Shown piece by piece: positions 1 through 12,400 of a stretch of DNA of 16,408 nt; position 1 is the stretch's first letter; the number at the start of each line of letters is the position of its first letter. A program made the position numbers and the translations under genes. Origin of the DNA: Trichoplax adhaerens (Eukaryota; Animalia; Placozoa); the NCBI RefSeq assembly GCF_000150275.1, contig NW_002060963.1, forward strand, positions 298,390 to 314,797, read 5' to 3'. Under the pieces are notes generated by a model, which did not search any database, was not told the origin of the DNA, and worked only from the letters and a program-made list of their open reading frames with translations.

Positions 1-426
1 TTATCCGTATAGCTCTTTTTAATACACTCTTTTCTTGGTGGCATACAGTTTTTTATAAATACTATATTGGATTTCTTTAAAGCGTATATCTATGTGATAA
101 TTTTAACGAAAATAATGTCTCTACTAAAACGAATTTTATTTACAATGAAAAGTATCATAGTTTCTTAGGGTTTAAATTAGGTCACTCTAGGACGCACTTT
201 AGATAAATTAAATGAAGTTCGAATTTTGAGTAAAAATAACTTCTAAGCGATAGAAGCGAAGATATATAGTTAATTTATTACATAGAAAATATTTGTGCTG
301 AATAGACAACTAAAATTTGAGTAAATGATTGCTAGATATGTAATAGGTATTTCGCAAATTCACTAGTCTTTGTACATCTATGTTAATGGTAGCATTAATT
401 AAAACATTCTTTTCAATATCTTTTAG

Positions 427-498
427 AAATCTATCAGGAAACAAGATTACTACCATCGAGACGAATACCTTTATCGATGTAAAGGCATTAAAAGAAAT
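427..498 (+). CDS. LRR exon 1 (NLSGNKITTIETNTFIDVKALKEI)
   Basis: ttttag|...|gtatgc, 72 nt, phase 2-2, matches xLxxNxIxxIxxxxFxxLxxLxxL. Confidence 0.9.
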
Positions 499-3400
499 GT
501 ATGCCATTTTAATAAATTACTTAATACTTAAACCAAAGTAGAGTCGCTAATGTTGGTCACATTTATGAATTTCTTAATTTAGCCGACTAAGTAACAACTC
601 TATAGATCGTATTCCACTTCACACATTTTCGTCATCTTCACCATTAACCATCGTGTAAGTATTTAAAATATCTGCTTATATACTACACCCAGTGCTTGTC
701 AAATATTCGGAGATCGGAAATAGTCCATAACCTAAAGTTATTTATGTGGTTCGTAATACTGCTTGAGTCAAAAAATAAACCTCGTATAATATGTAGATAA
801 TGTAAAGTTTATTAGGAAAATTGTAAAATAACAAGATAAGGCAGATTTATAGTTAAAATAAATCTATAAGTGTGAATCAGTGTATGTAATCGTAAGGTAT
901 GAACGGATGAGTACAGAATGAAAGTAGCATGTAAGGGAAGGATGAACGTAAAATTATACCAGTCTTAAAGAACTGCGCAGAAGAAGTACAAAACTCCGTA
1001 CTACATAAAGACCATTCAATTAATGACAAACATCCGTTTAAAATAGTAACAAATGAAGCATGTTTATCCATGAGTTACACGCGTAAAACTACATTTTAGG
1101 CGAACACAAAACGCGTGCAATTGTGTAACAACAAGCATAATAACTATGTTATTTAAGCGTGATAGCACATATATGTAATAGGTGCTTAACAAATACTAAT
1201 AACTCTGAATATGTAATAGTTATCTAACGTACTAACATATGTAATACCTACCCAACTCAAAGATGCTAATATTATCGATCGCTAGATATTTGATAAGTAT
1301 GCCTGTATATAAATACGTTAAAGTATTAGAATTATCCTTTATGCTTAAACTTACTCACTTAAATCCGAGCTCTAGCTTTCTAGATTTGCTCATGTTAGCT
1401 ACAATTATAACTATTATGCGATTTGCTATTAAAATTTATATTTAAAATTTCTGTAAATGACTAGAATGAGCTCTCATGTAACAGATAGCATATGTTAATT
1501 AATCAACGTTTAGTTAAGATTTCAAGCTAGTTTGGTACTATTATAGAAAACGCTCGATTTCTAGAACCGACATTGATAATAGGATGATCTAAAATGCTTA
1601 TTTCTGTTACTTTGTTTTAGGGATTTGGCCTTAAACAAGATTAGTTTTGTTGATGAAAACGCTTTTGGGAGTCTAGCAGTGCTGCAGAACTTGTAATAAT
1701 ACTATTACATAGAAATACACTAATATACGATGAAACCCATCATTGAGTAGATACTGACAACATTGTCAATTTGTGATTATTTACTCATAAGAGATTTATC
1801 TAGAAACCGACTGACAAGGATTACTGCTTCTTTATTTGCAAATATTCCTTACTTAACTTCTCTGTAGGTGAAAATTAAATACATTAAATACTCTTTGAAT
1901 TCTTGCCTAAAACTTTATTATCACAACTATAGTTATAGCATTGAATATCTAATAAATTGTAATTTATTATTAAAATTTCGAAACTCGAAATAATTTTAAA
2001 ATGTACATAAGACATTATTATAGAATTCTTTTTTGGTCATATCTATTTTAAAATTTATTAGATTTTAATTATTGTTCGTTTGGTATCGCAGCTTTTCAGC
2101 AAGTCTAATTATTTTTCGATTCTTATGATAGAAATTTGACTTTAAACAGAATAGAATCAGTTCCTGACTTTGTCTTTGTAAATTTACAAGATCTAGAGAC
2201 CCTGTAAGGAAATAATAGACATATTTAATTAATATAAAATGGAAAATTATTTATTAACTGTTCAACTATCTGAATATGAGTTTATAAGAAAGTCTACAGT
2301 CTTTATAACATTACTTTACTGTCACTTGGTTTTAAAGTGTAATAAAGAAAGTGATTGTACAGGCATAATGAATATCAATATAATTAGGTGGCTTGGGAAT
2401 GAGAGATTGCAGTATCTAAATCAACAAGCATTCTATGGATTAAATCGACTAAAGTACCTGTAAGATGAATTTTCAAGTACTTTAATGTGATAATAATACC
2501 ATAAATGTAATAAATACTACGTTTTTATAAGCTTATTCTATCGATCGTGATGTATTTTGTAGACAAATAGACTATTGCCGAAATTTACGAACGTTAAACT
2601 TCAAACTCTTTCTGAATTTGAAACCACTCTTTGCTCTGTAAATATTCTAGGAAAAAATAAAATAAAAATTAAATGTACAGAATTTCATCTTGTTTATAGC
2701 TAAATAAGGCAAACCGTAAAATACTCGGTTTTTAACGATTGAATAGTTACAAATCGATAGTAATAACACAAGCTCAGGAAACAGTTTATTCTTAATTTGA
2801 TAACTGAACTTCATCAAATATCGCATTGATCGTATTTCAACAATGCAAGGACATAGACAACTGAATCCTATGTAGAATTTAGTAACATGTGTTGTGTATA
2901 GCTAGGTTGTTTAGCAACTTTCATTTATATTTTAATGTTTTTCAATTAGATATTTAAGGTTTTGCAATCTCAGTGCTTCAGCATTCAAGGGATCATCATT
3001 TCAACAGTTATCAGGATTAAGAGCCCTGTAAGTATGGTATAAAACATAAAGTAAATAGTTATCGACAAATATCTTATACAATGGCAGAGTAGTCGGAGAA
3101 TTTACACGTACGTATAATTGATAATTTTATTACCGTGGTGAGACTTTAAGCTTGTAAATCGTCGTTTGATACTATAATTAAAGCTAGTCATATCTACGTT
3201 CTGATTAACTTAAAGTATTTATCATATTCTTTAGCCTAATGAAGGTCATAATTGAAATTTTCTAGTTTTATCCGATTTTAAAAATTAGCAAAATGAAATT
3301 AACGCAATGGAATTATTAAAATCTACGACTAATTTAGATATCTAGATAACAATGATTTATCGGACATCGATGAATCTCTTTTCAAAAATATGGCATTTCA

Positions 3401-6400
3401 GAACTTGTTAGTACTTAATGATTACACGTTTGTTTGCTAAATTTACAAATGATAACTTATTTATATTCCGGATTAGCTGTATATTTTAAAATTCAAAAAT
3501 TTCATCTTGCAAATAGCCTGATTGTTGCACTATAATTTCTACCTTCTTAATTCCATACCTTATCCGTGTCATTTATAAGGGGCTTAGGCTTTAGCAAACT
3601 TTCTCCTAAAAAAGTTAATTTCATTGCGTCACTGGGTACAGATCTTACTAGTCTGTAAGTAATCGTTCGCTTGAATTATTAAAACCAAGATTAGTAATAA
3701 GATAGTCTACCTCACTTTGCTTACTGATACTCAGTATGTGCTATCTTTTCATTAACAAATTTATCTAGCATTTAATCGTCTACTTAAGGTTTGCTTTTAT
3801 TTTAGATATCTAGACGGTCTTCGATTAAAGGATTTCATAAACGCTTCTATGATTTCTAAGGAAATCCAAAATCTGTAAATGAAAATTATTTTCACAGTTT
3901 GCTACAAACCCTTTAGTAACCTACTGTAAAATGCTTTTCGAGGCTACTATTTAGCGTTACCAATCGTAGATATCCCTGTAAACTAAATACGGTATGCTCT
4001 CATAGGTTAATATTAGAATTAAAGCCGCTTTGTTGTGATATTGATAATGTAAAGTGAAGAAAATACGTTACACTGTACAGTATGTGTTAAAGCACCAAAA
4101 TGTCTAAAACAAGAGTCTTTATGTAGGTAAAGACGTAGGTATCTTTCAAACTGTTAGATTGTGTACAGATACTTCACCGTACAATCCGTTAGAGAAAGAG
4201 TATAAAAACCGAGTGGGAGAGTTGGGAGTAAGAGAGATATCTCGAACCGAGATATTCCTTATATAGCTTTTGTATTAGTAAATATTTTTAACCTATTACT
4301 CATATCTAATCTTAATCTAAACATTTATGTTGTCTAATTCAACTATCATTAGCAGGATCTTGAATCATCTTACTACTGTCTACACATAATAACAATCAAT
4401 ATCAGTCATGTAATAAAGTATCTCAAATAATATCCACGTTATGGCATCACTTATCTTACCTAGCACTACAAATCTAGATATTTTCCATATTAGCTACTAC
4501 TGTACTATTAAATAATCCTAGCGGTAAGTTAACACCGTCCTAACAGCTAATTTATTAAGTTAGCTATAATTCGGGCGATTCGGGGACTTACGTACCGTCG
4601 ATTATTTTTCAACTATCAAATATAATTGTTAATTTTCCGTAGATTATGCTTTACTTTAACATTTGATGGAATCGACTGCGCGATTTGCTAAGTGATGAAA
4701 CGATTACGGATACAATTATTATACTGTATAGTAGCGCATTTTACGAATAAGTTACAAAATAAGCTATAGAGTACCGTGAGCTACATTGTTAAGGCTAGTA
4801 ATGTTGTAATCTACGTATATCTTTTGAATAATTATGCTATATAATCATTTGCTTCTGCTTAAAACATCAGATATTTAAATGATAATGATATAAGCTCCAT
4901 TCATGCATCATCGGCGCCGATACTTCGTAGCCTTAAGAAACTGTAAGAACATCAAACTAGCTAGCAGTCAAATCTTCGTGTTACCTTCGTCTATTATCTT
5001 GTTAAATTTTGATGACTATGCTATAATAAGTGTCTATCAAATCTATTTTAAATGTAAATTTGCTGTAGTCTAAAAGATTCTAATATTACCAGTATCTATA
5101 CTTCTAAATCTACGTATGTCTTCTGGATGCATTAAATATACATGCTTAATTTTAAATTTTACTGAAATATTTAGCGTAATGGATCGAAATAATATGGGAA
5201 ATCAGGGATATGTGACGCTAATAACTTTAACTCCAAATCTAATACAATTGTTAGTGAAAATAAATAATTAATAAGAATACAGACGCATTTACGTTGATAA
5301 CTTAAACAATACTAAAAATATTGCTATGGGTAAAAAGCTATTTAATTTATCTGTGTTTCTGAAATATATACTAAACGGTAATAGTGACTCATACTAGTAA
5401 TAAATGCACATAAATGTTTAACCTATTTAGTATACCCTTTACTATTTGAGACAGTGTGCTTCTAAGATACTTGAAAATGTTAAATTTTTAATATAGCACT
5501 ACTGTTTTTAGATTTAATTAACTCGTTAAAAGTTTAAACTTTTATCGATGTCTTAATTATAGGTTCCTCAGCAAAAATAATATCTCCGAAATTTGTCCAA
5601 AATTTCTGTCTTCAACTGCCTTTTCAAAAATACGCTATCTGTTAGTATTCAACTTCATATACCTGATAAAGAAGATTAAGAACTGCAATTTAGCTCCATT
5701 TCTTGTTTACACGTGATGAAAATTAGCAGATTTCAAAAATTGTACAGTTTACAGTAAAATGTTATCCATAAGTTGTCTATAAATGATCCACATATGCCCA
5801 GAAATATACTACACCCTTACACATATAGTAAAGTTTCTCCTTTTAAGTTCTTAATAATTCATGAATGATATTAGAACTTGTGTGATTTCGAAGTTTCGCC
5901 ATCGGCTACAATATACATGTTTACTGAGTAATAGTAGCCAGTTTGTAGTTATGACGATATAAAGTATGCAGAAATATACTGGTGATATATAATTTATTTA
6001 GGATATCTAATACGTCTTTTATATACCGAACAGGCACATAATTCTGTAATATTATCTTATACTGATAACTGATGCTTATGCGACTACAATATAAATTAAC
6101 TAGCCTTAATAAAATAGGTATCAGTTTAGTCTAGAAGAGATATGCAGTTTATTATGTCCTGCTTAGGATAAAGATTGTCATTATGATAAGAGCTTTACTG
6201 TGGTAGACGTAGGAGAGTACTAACCCGACAGTAGAGTTTTGGTGTGTAATTTTTTCTAATATTTTTACTTTTCTCGTTACCAATGTCAGCTTGTAACAAC
6301 TAGTGTCTTATATTTTGTTGATAGCCTAGGCAACTATTTAATTTTATGCCTAATTCATGGTTAATTTTAAGCTAATATTAGATTTTTACAATGTTTGATA

Positions 6401-9400
6401 CATTATAATTATTAACGCCTATGAAATATTTGAAAGATACATTCTATGAACATGAAATAATAACTGAATTTTAAAATTAATAGAAATCTCAATAGCAATA
6501 ACATCGAAAAGTTAGATAGCTATTGTTTTTGGAGTATGCCTGACCTGAATAACCTGTAAGTACAATTTTACGAACTGTGATGACTAATTTTAATTACATG
6601 TACAACAATTAAAATTAAGGCTAGATCTCAAAAGATAATTAAAATTGGCATAAGAAGTAAAGGAGATTTCAGATATCCACAGTATCTGAGATACTGCTAG
6701 TAGTAAAAATTAAATTCTTATTTCGTTTTCATGATTCTTTCGCAGGGCTTTGAAAGATAATCCGTTAATAAGTTTTAATTACCGCTCTTTCGGTGGTGTA
6801 GCAGGCATTCGAAGCATGTAAGTACACATATATACTAAAATCTCCTATTTTTATGTAGTTCGATATAACATCAATGACAGAGGGATGACTTAAAGAGAAG
6901 ATGTTTTCATTTAGTTGTTTGACATAGAATACATTTAAGATTTTTGTACGTTCATTCATGTACAAGTAAAGAAGTAGCTTAGTGTTATTAGACTTGGAGA
7001 TATGTTCACTAGCCTTGCATCTTGCAAATGAAAGTACGTATGCGGGCTATGTAATTTATATCAATACTAGTTGTTTATGCAATAGAGTTAATGTGATCAT
7101 ATATTTACTTCTTTGTTAAATTTAGTGCGATGTTTATGAAGCAATACTCATATTAAGATAAGATAAATAAGTTGACTACGGAAACTATAGTAAATCATAT
7201 AGATTTCACCGTGACACAAAAACCTATTCTAGAATTAAGATCGGCTACGATTGTTATTGTTTACGATCCTCGCGATGTAAACAAATACAGTATATGAGAA
7301 AATTCGCTAGTCTTCTAAAAGTAGGTCCTGAGCCCGGAGATCTGCAACATTGTATATTATGTATTACTCAGTATAGACTCTAAATAAACGTTATTACTCA
7401 AATCCTTACTCAGATAAGATACTTGGTTTACATTACATTTCAAGCATAGCAAATACGATTTCAAGATTTCTTATTACTTTATTTTTATTTATTACACGTT
7501 ATAATTCATTACTCGGTGTACATTGTTGACATTCCATATTTGAATTACAAGTATATTACAATTATAAGAATTTGAGAGGTTTCTCTAATTAGGCTAAGCC
7601 GGATCTAAATTTTTTGAGAACGTTTTACAGCTAGAAACGTTAGTGTAAAGGCCACGTAAATAAAGGTTTATCATATCTTAATTATAAGTCTAATCTAAAG
7701 TAATTACAAAATTCAAGATCACAAGATTTTATGAAATCTTATTAGATAAGTATGTTCTACAGTCATAATTATGTATTACCTATTATTTTTTCAAGTTATG
7801 TAACATTTTCGATGCAAACCTATTGCTTCGAGACTATTTAATTATGGTCTATCTCGTACGGTATACTATATTACGTTACTACTAGTCATCTCTGCAATCA
7901 AATTTTGTCTATTTCGCTAAGTTATGCCGTTACAAATAGAAATTTGCAACAAGGAAAAATGTTGCCCTGTTATAGGAATTATACTACGAGTCTAATATCA
8001 GGTTTGCCCTCCCTGAAATTTACTTACAGTATAACTAAGTATTGACGATCTTCTATCGTCAAGAGGAACAATAGCGCAACTTGTCTGTATTAGACATACT
8101 GAACCCAAACTTTGTTGAAAAATCGTTCAATTTATAGTAATCGACATAAACATCAATTATCAGTTTATAGATAATACTATAAAGCTACGTAGCTATCTAT
8201 TAAAATATGTAAAAGTCATAGACAAATTGATGTAAATACATTTCTAGATGAATTTTTAATGGAATCTATGTTACGACAGTTACGCAAAAGTTACTCTGTA
8301 ACACCTGCATCTAAAAATTTATCTATTAATAAATTAAAATAATGATAAGACAGGGCATCGATTTCATGGTGTATTTTGAAGTAGTTATATGCTAAATAAA
8401 ATATTTAAAACAGAATAAATTTACTTACGTATTTTAGCACAAAACCACTTTACGAATGTATTAGCACTATAGCATGGAAAGTAAAAATTCCCATATTTTC
8501 CCCTAGATGCTATAACAAAACCATGAGCATAAATTTCCCTGAAAGTTAGTGCTACTCTCTACTTGCTGGAAGTCTATTCATCAGCTTATGCTAGATGTTG
8601 AGTTCACGCAATTAATTATTTCTAAATGGATATTTAAATCAATATATTCTATTTTTAATTCATAGATTTTAATAATTTATTTAATCTATAAAACGTTTTG
8701 TCACCGGTAATATAGCATTGAAGTACCTATATCCTTCTAATTTAAATTGTCCTTCATCTATTAACTATAGACATTCGACACGTGAATACTTATGTTGCGT
8801 TGCGCCATCCTCAGTAATTGTATGCAGACCAAATCCGAATCAATTTAGCCTATCTACGTGCTATAATATTTTGGCGCATGATTTATTGCGTGTATTTATC
8901 TGGGTAATTGGTATAATTTCAGTCGTTGGTAACACAGTTTCTATAAGGTGGCATTCTCAAAAAAAATCTTCTAAAAAACTTGGAATAGTAGAAATGTTAT
9001 TAATTAACTTATCGGCTGCGGATTTTATCATGGGTATCTACCTAATTATCATAGCATCAGCCAATGTATATTATGCAAACCGTTATTATGAAATTTTTCA
9101 AGAATGGCTACGTAGTGTACCATGTCTAACGGCCTCGTTTTGTATCTCATTATCGAGCTTAATGTCGACATTTGTGCTCTTTCTAATAACTCTTGATCGT
9201 TATCTGCACCTAGTTTATCCTTTTCAAAATTATCGCTTATCTGCTAAAACTACTACCCTAGCATTGGTGATTCTTTGGTTAATATCAATCGCATTTGTTG
9301 GATTACCAATTATTTATAGTATTAATCAACCGTCAATTAATCGTCTATATTCTAGCAATAGTGCATGCTTACCTGGTAATTTTAATAACCCATATTTATT

Positions 9401-12400
9401 AACATGGTTATTATGTTATGCTGGATTAACCTTCGTCGTTTGGATTTTTATTGCAATCATGTATGTCGCAATTCTATCGACATTAGCAAATTCACGTAAA
9501 GAAGCTCATAGACGTTTATCAAAGAATGATAAAATTATTCGCGCTAAAATGATTACTATCGTAGCAACGGATTTAATATGTTGGCTACCATTATATATAG
9601 TATTAATTCGAGGTTTTGGTTTTGGATTAGACACGCATTCACTACCATTTATCGCTGTGCTATCATTGCCACTAAATTCATGTATTAATCCGATCATTTA
9701 TACGCTCTTTACAACTACTTTTATCGATTACATTAACTTAGCTATTGGAAAGTTAAATTGCTGTTCATGTTTAACATTCTTTCGATCAATTCGTAAGTCA
9801 AATCAAGGCAGTCAACTACAAGGGAGTGAGTTAAGGCTTATTTCTAAATTAAAGTGATTAATGTACTCTGATACCTTATTAAATGAGAGTTCTTTAACCG
9901 TTAAGTAGTAACATATATCTTAACAACAAGTAAGCAGTACATAACGATTATATTTACGCGTTGTTTCGATGATGTGTATGCTTTATTTAAATAACACAAA
10001 GGCAATTTCCATCTAGATATTTATACCGGCTCGATTCATCCATCACTTGTCATTGCACTCTCCAGTAACCCTGAACTATCTAAGGTAATCCTTTTTATAA
10101 GATTTGTTATCTTTATTGAAAATTATCAACTATCTTGGCTTGGCAGGGCTAATTTTAAAATCTTTCAGCAATATCCAACACAATCATAAACTTCTTATGT
10201 CCAATACTCGCTTTAACTGTTGCACAATCTAAACTGGATCAATAGCATTTACTGTACTTTACTCCGTATAATGACTATTGTTAGATCGAAAGTATCGTTA
10301 TGATATTCTTGCAATGAGCGAAACAAGTGCATAAGGCGATTGCATGGCATAACTAGGTCTTTTTTATGACGTAAATTCTAGAGTACACTATAATAATATT
10401 TAAGGGAGATGCAATTTCATCAGTAAGAAATAATTTCTTATAAATTAATTAATTAATGAATTATAAATCCAATTAGTCTAACGTTTACGTGGCTAGCACA
10501 ATAGCTAAAATTATTAAATTACGTTATATTTTGCTAAGATTTTTAAACGGTATAGACATATCATTTATTTACTGTGATAAATATTATCTATCACCGTGTC
10601 ACGGTACGAACTACCGTGAAGAAATAGCTATCTAAATTTGGTTAATATAATGTAGTAATAATATATTACATCTAGTTCCTTACAATAGGAATTACTCTAA
10701 TTATAAATGTGTTACAGTAAATTTAATGCTGTGCTGTAATGTGTACAGAAATGATTCTGTGGATGAACATATTGTAGTCCGACTGTGAAAAACTAGTTAG
10801 TAGATGTTCTCACCCAAATATTTTTATAAGATGACTTGTGAATGTTAGCTGCTGTAGAAGGGTATATAAGCCCGTCAAATAGTTGAATAAAGCAGTTCTC
10901 AATTATCTAGTTGAGTTTAACGTAGAATCAAAGGCGTCTTAATTCTTGTAAGTAGGGATACTGAATCCCGGAGACTATAGTAATTTAGAGATTTGTTTTA
11001 CGTTGTCCTTGTCACGAAGATGGTTTGTGACACACCTGTAGTATAGAACAATTATGTTAAGTGAGATTCGCGAAAAGCTCTTACGAATATTTAACTTTGA
11101 TACAAGGTTTACATTAAAGTCGAATTACCTCATAATTATGGAGTGAATAATTTGGGGTGGCTGCAGCTTTATAACGCAAAAGATAACTTACCTTGGGAAA
11201 AAGAGATATCATTTTATACATACATCAAATCAAAAGACTGTAAATTAAAGAATGTTATGGGTTGTTTGTGGTACTGTAAAGGAAATGAATGTAGAATCGA
11301 AATAGATGGTGGCAAGAAGCTATTTGCGGATAAATTGTAGGTCGTGTTTTTTTAGCTTTCACAAGGTATGTACATTCTGTATTTATACAGGTATATTTAC
11401 AAGATATATCCTTTTTTCGCAGTATAACTTGTTTTACAGCAGACGCCAATGACATTATGCTTCTGAGCAATTCCATCCGTTTGCAATCCGATTACCTGAC
11501 ATCACATCGGATTCTGCAAATTAGTATGAATATTATACAAGCAATTCAATCTTTGCACCTGAATAATATAGTCCATGGATCAATAAATACCGATGCTGTT
11601 ATTCTACTTATTTCGCCGAAGGTACGTAATAGCATATTTAAAGACAGATATTCTAACGATAATACAACAATTCTGAAATATTTAAGTTCTATTAGTTTAT
11701 TTTAACCATGCCTATAATTTGTGCATGGTTTGCCTACAAAACTAATATCTTCATTGATTTACTTGAGTGTAGTCTATGCCAATGGTATTAATCAATATAA
11801 GAATGGGTCATTAAATAATTCTTACTATGATTAATCTACTTATAAAATAAATTTAGAATTAGAAATTTATAGATTCATGAATATCGCTTTCCTCTCAAAT
11901 ACAATGCAGAAATACTGTATCGCTACTAAAAATTATTTGTAGTCAATAAATTTCAGAGAACAATTCTGGTCATTCGAATTTCATCCTTATTACGAACTAG
12001 TCGAATTTCTATTACTATTTATATCGGTACTATCTATCCTTTATCGAAAAGTTATGATATAACTGATAACTTATTACTTGTTTAAATTTATATATCTAGG
12101 AACCGATTACCGCCTTATTAGGCAAATTTTCAAATACGACGATATTTAAAAACGATCTTCATGAAAAGTACAGAAATCGATACCGTCAATTAATGAAAAC
12201 AGATATTTCTGACTTTGCATTATTGTGCAATGAATTAAGTTCATACTGCCAAACGCAAATCGATCAAATCAATGAGAGCCAATTGCAACCAGATAAAGTG
12301 ATGCAAGCTAGCGAAGGTATTGAATCTTGGAGATCGGTAAACGAAAAAGTAAGTATCTACTTTAATAAACTGCATTAACTGTACGTAGTTGACTTCTAGC

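Noticed and set aside
310-507. Minus-strand ORFs 310-507, 6765-6965, 9506-9697, 11255-11476 and 12241-12453
   Set aside because: Antisense shadows overlapping real + strand exons; no recognisable motifs
877-1071. Minus-strand 64-aa ORF in intron 2
   Set aside because: Short, no recognisable domain or splice support
1171-1246. Three copies of atatgtaata with short spacers, superficially CRISPR-like
   Set aside because: Only 10 bp, AT-only-like composition, irregular spacing, and a eukaryotic intron context
1263-1445. Track ORF with a vaguely LRR-like stretch (VLELSFMLKLTHLNPSSSFLDL)
   Set aside because: No AG acceptor in the required phase-2 position and no ladder Asn; treated as intronic chance
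6680-6696. Perfect inverted repeat cagtatct-g-agatactg, and similar short IRs at 8462-8554 and 15643-15678
   Set aside because: Isolated 8-bp stems that could arise by chance in 16 kb of AT-rich DNA; no second copy or TSD seen
7940-8038. Possible extra LRR exon (NLQQGK...LISGLPSLKF)
   Set aside because: Wrong length (99 nt), weak donor, poor LRR consensus, and it lies within dispersed repeat family 2
8718-8770. N-terminus of track ORF 8718-9857 as a stand-alone single-exon GPCR
   Set aside because: It begins at TTG inside a pyrimidine-rich intron end. The AG at 8769-8770 joins in phase to LRR exon 16, so the first residues are intronic.
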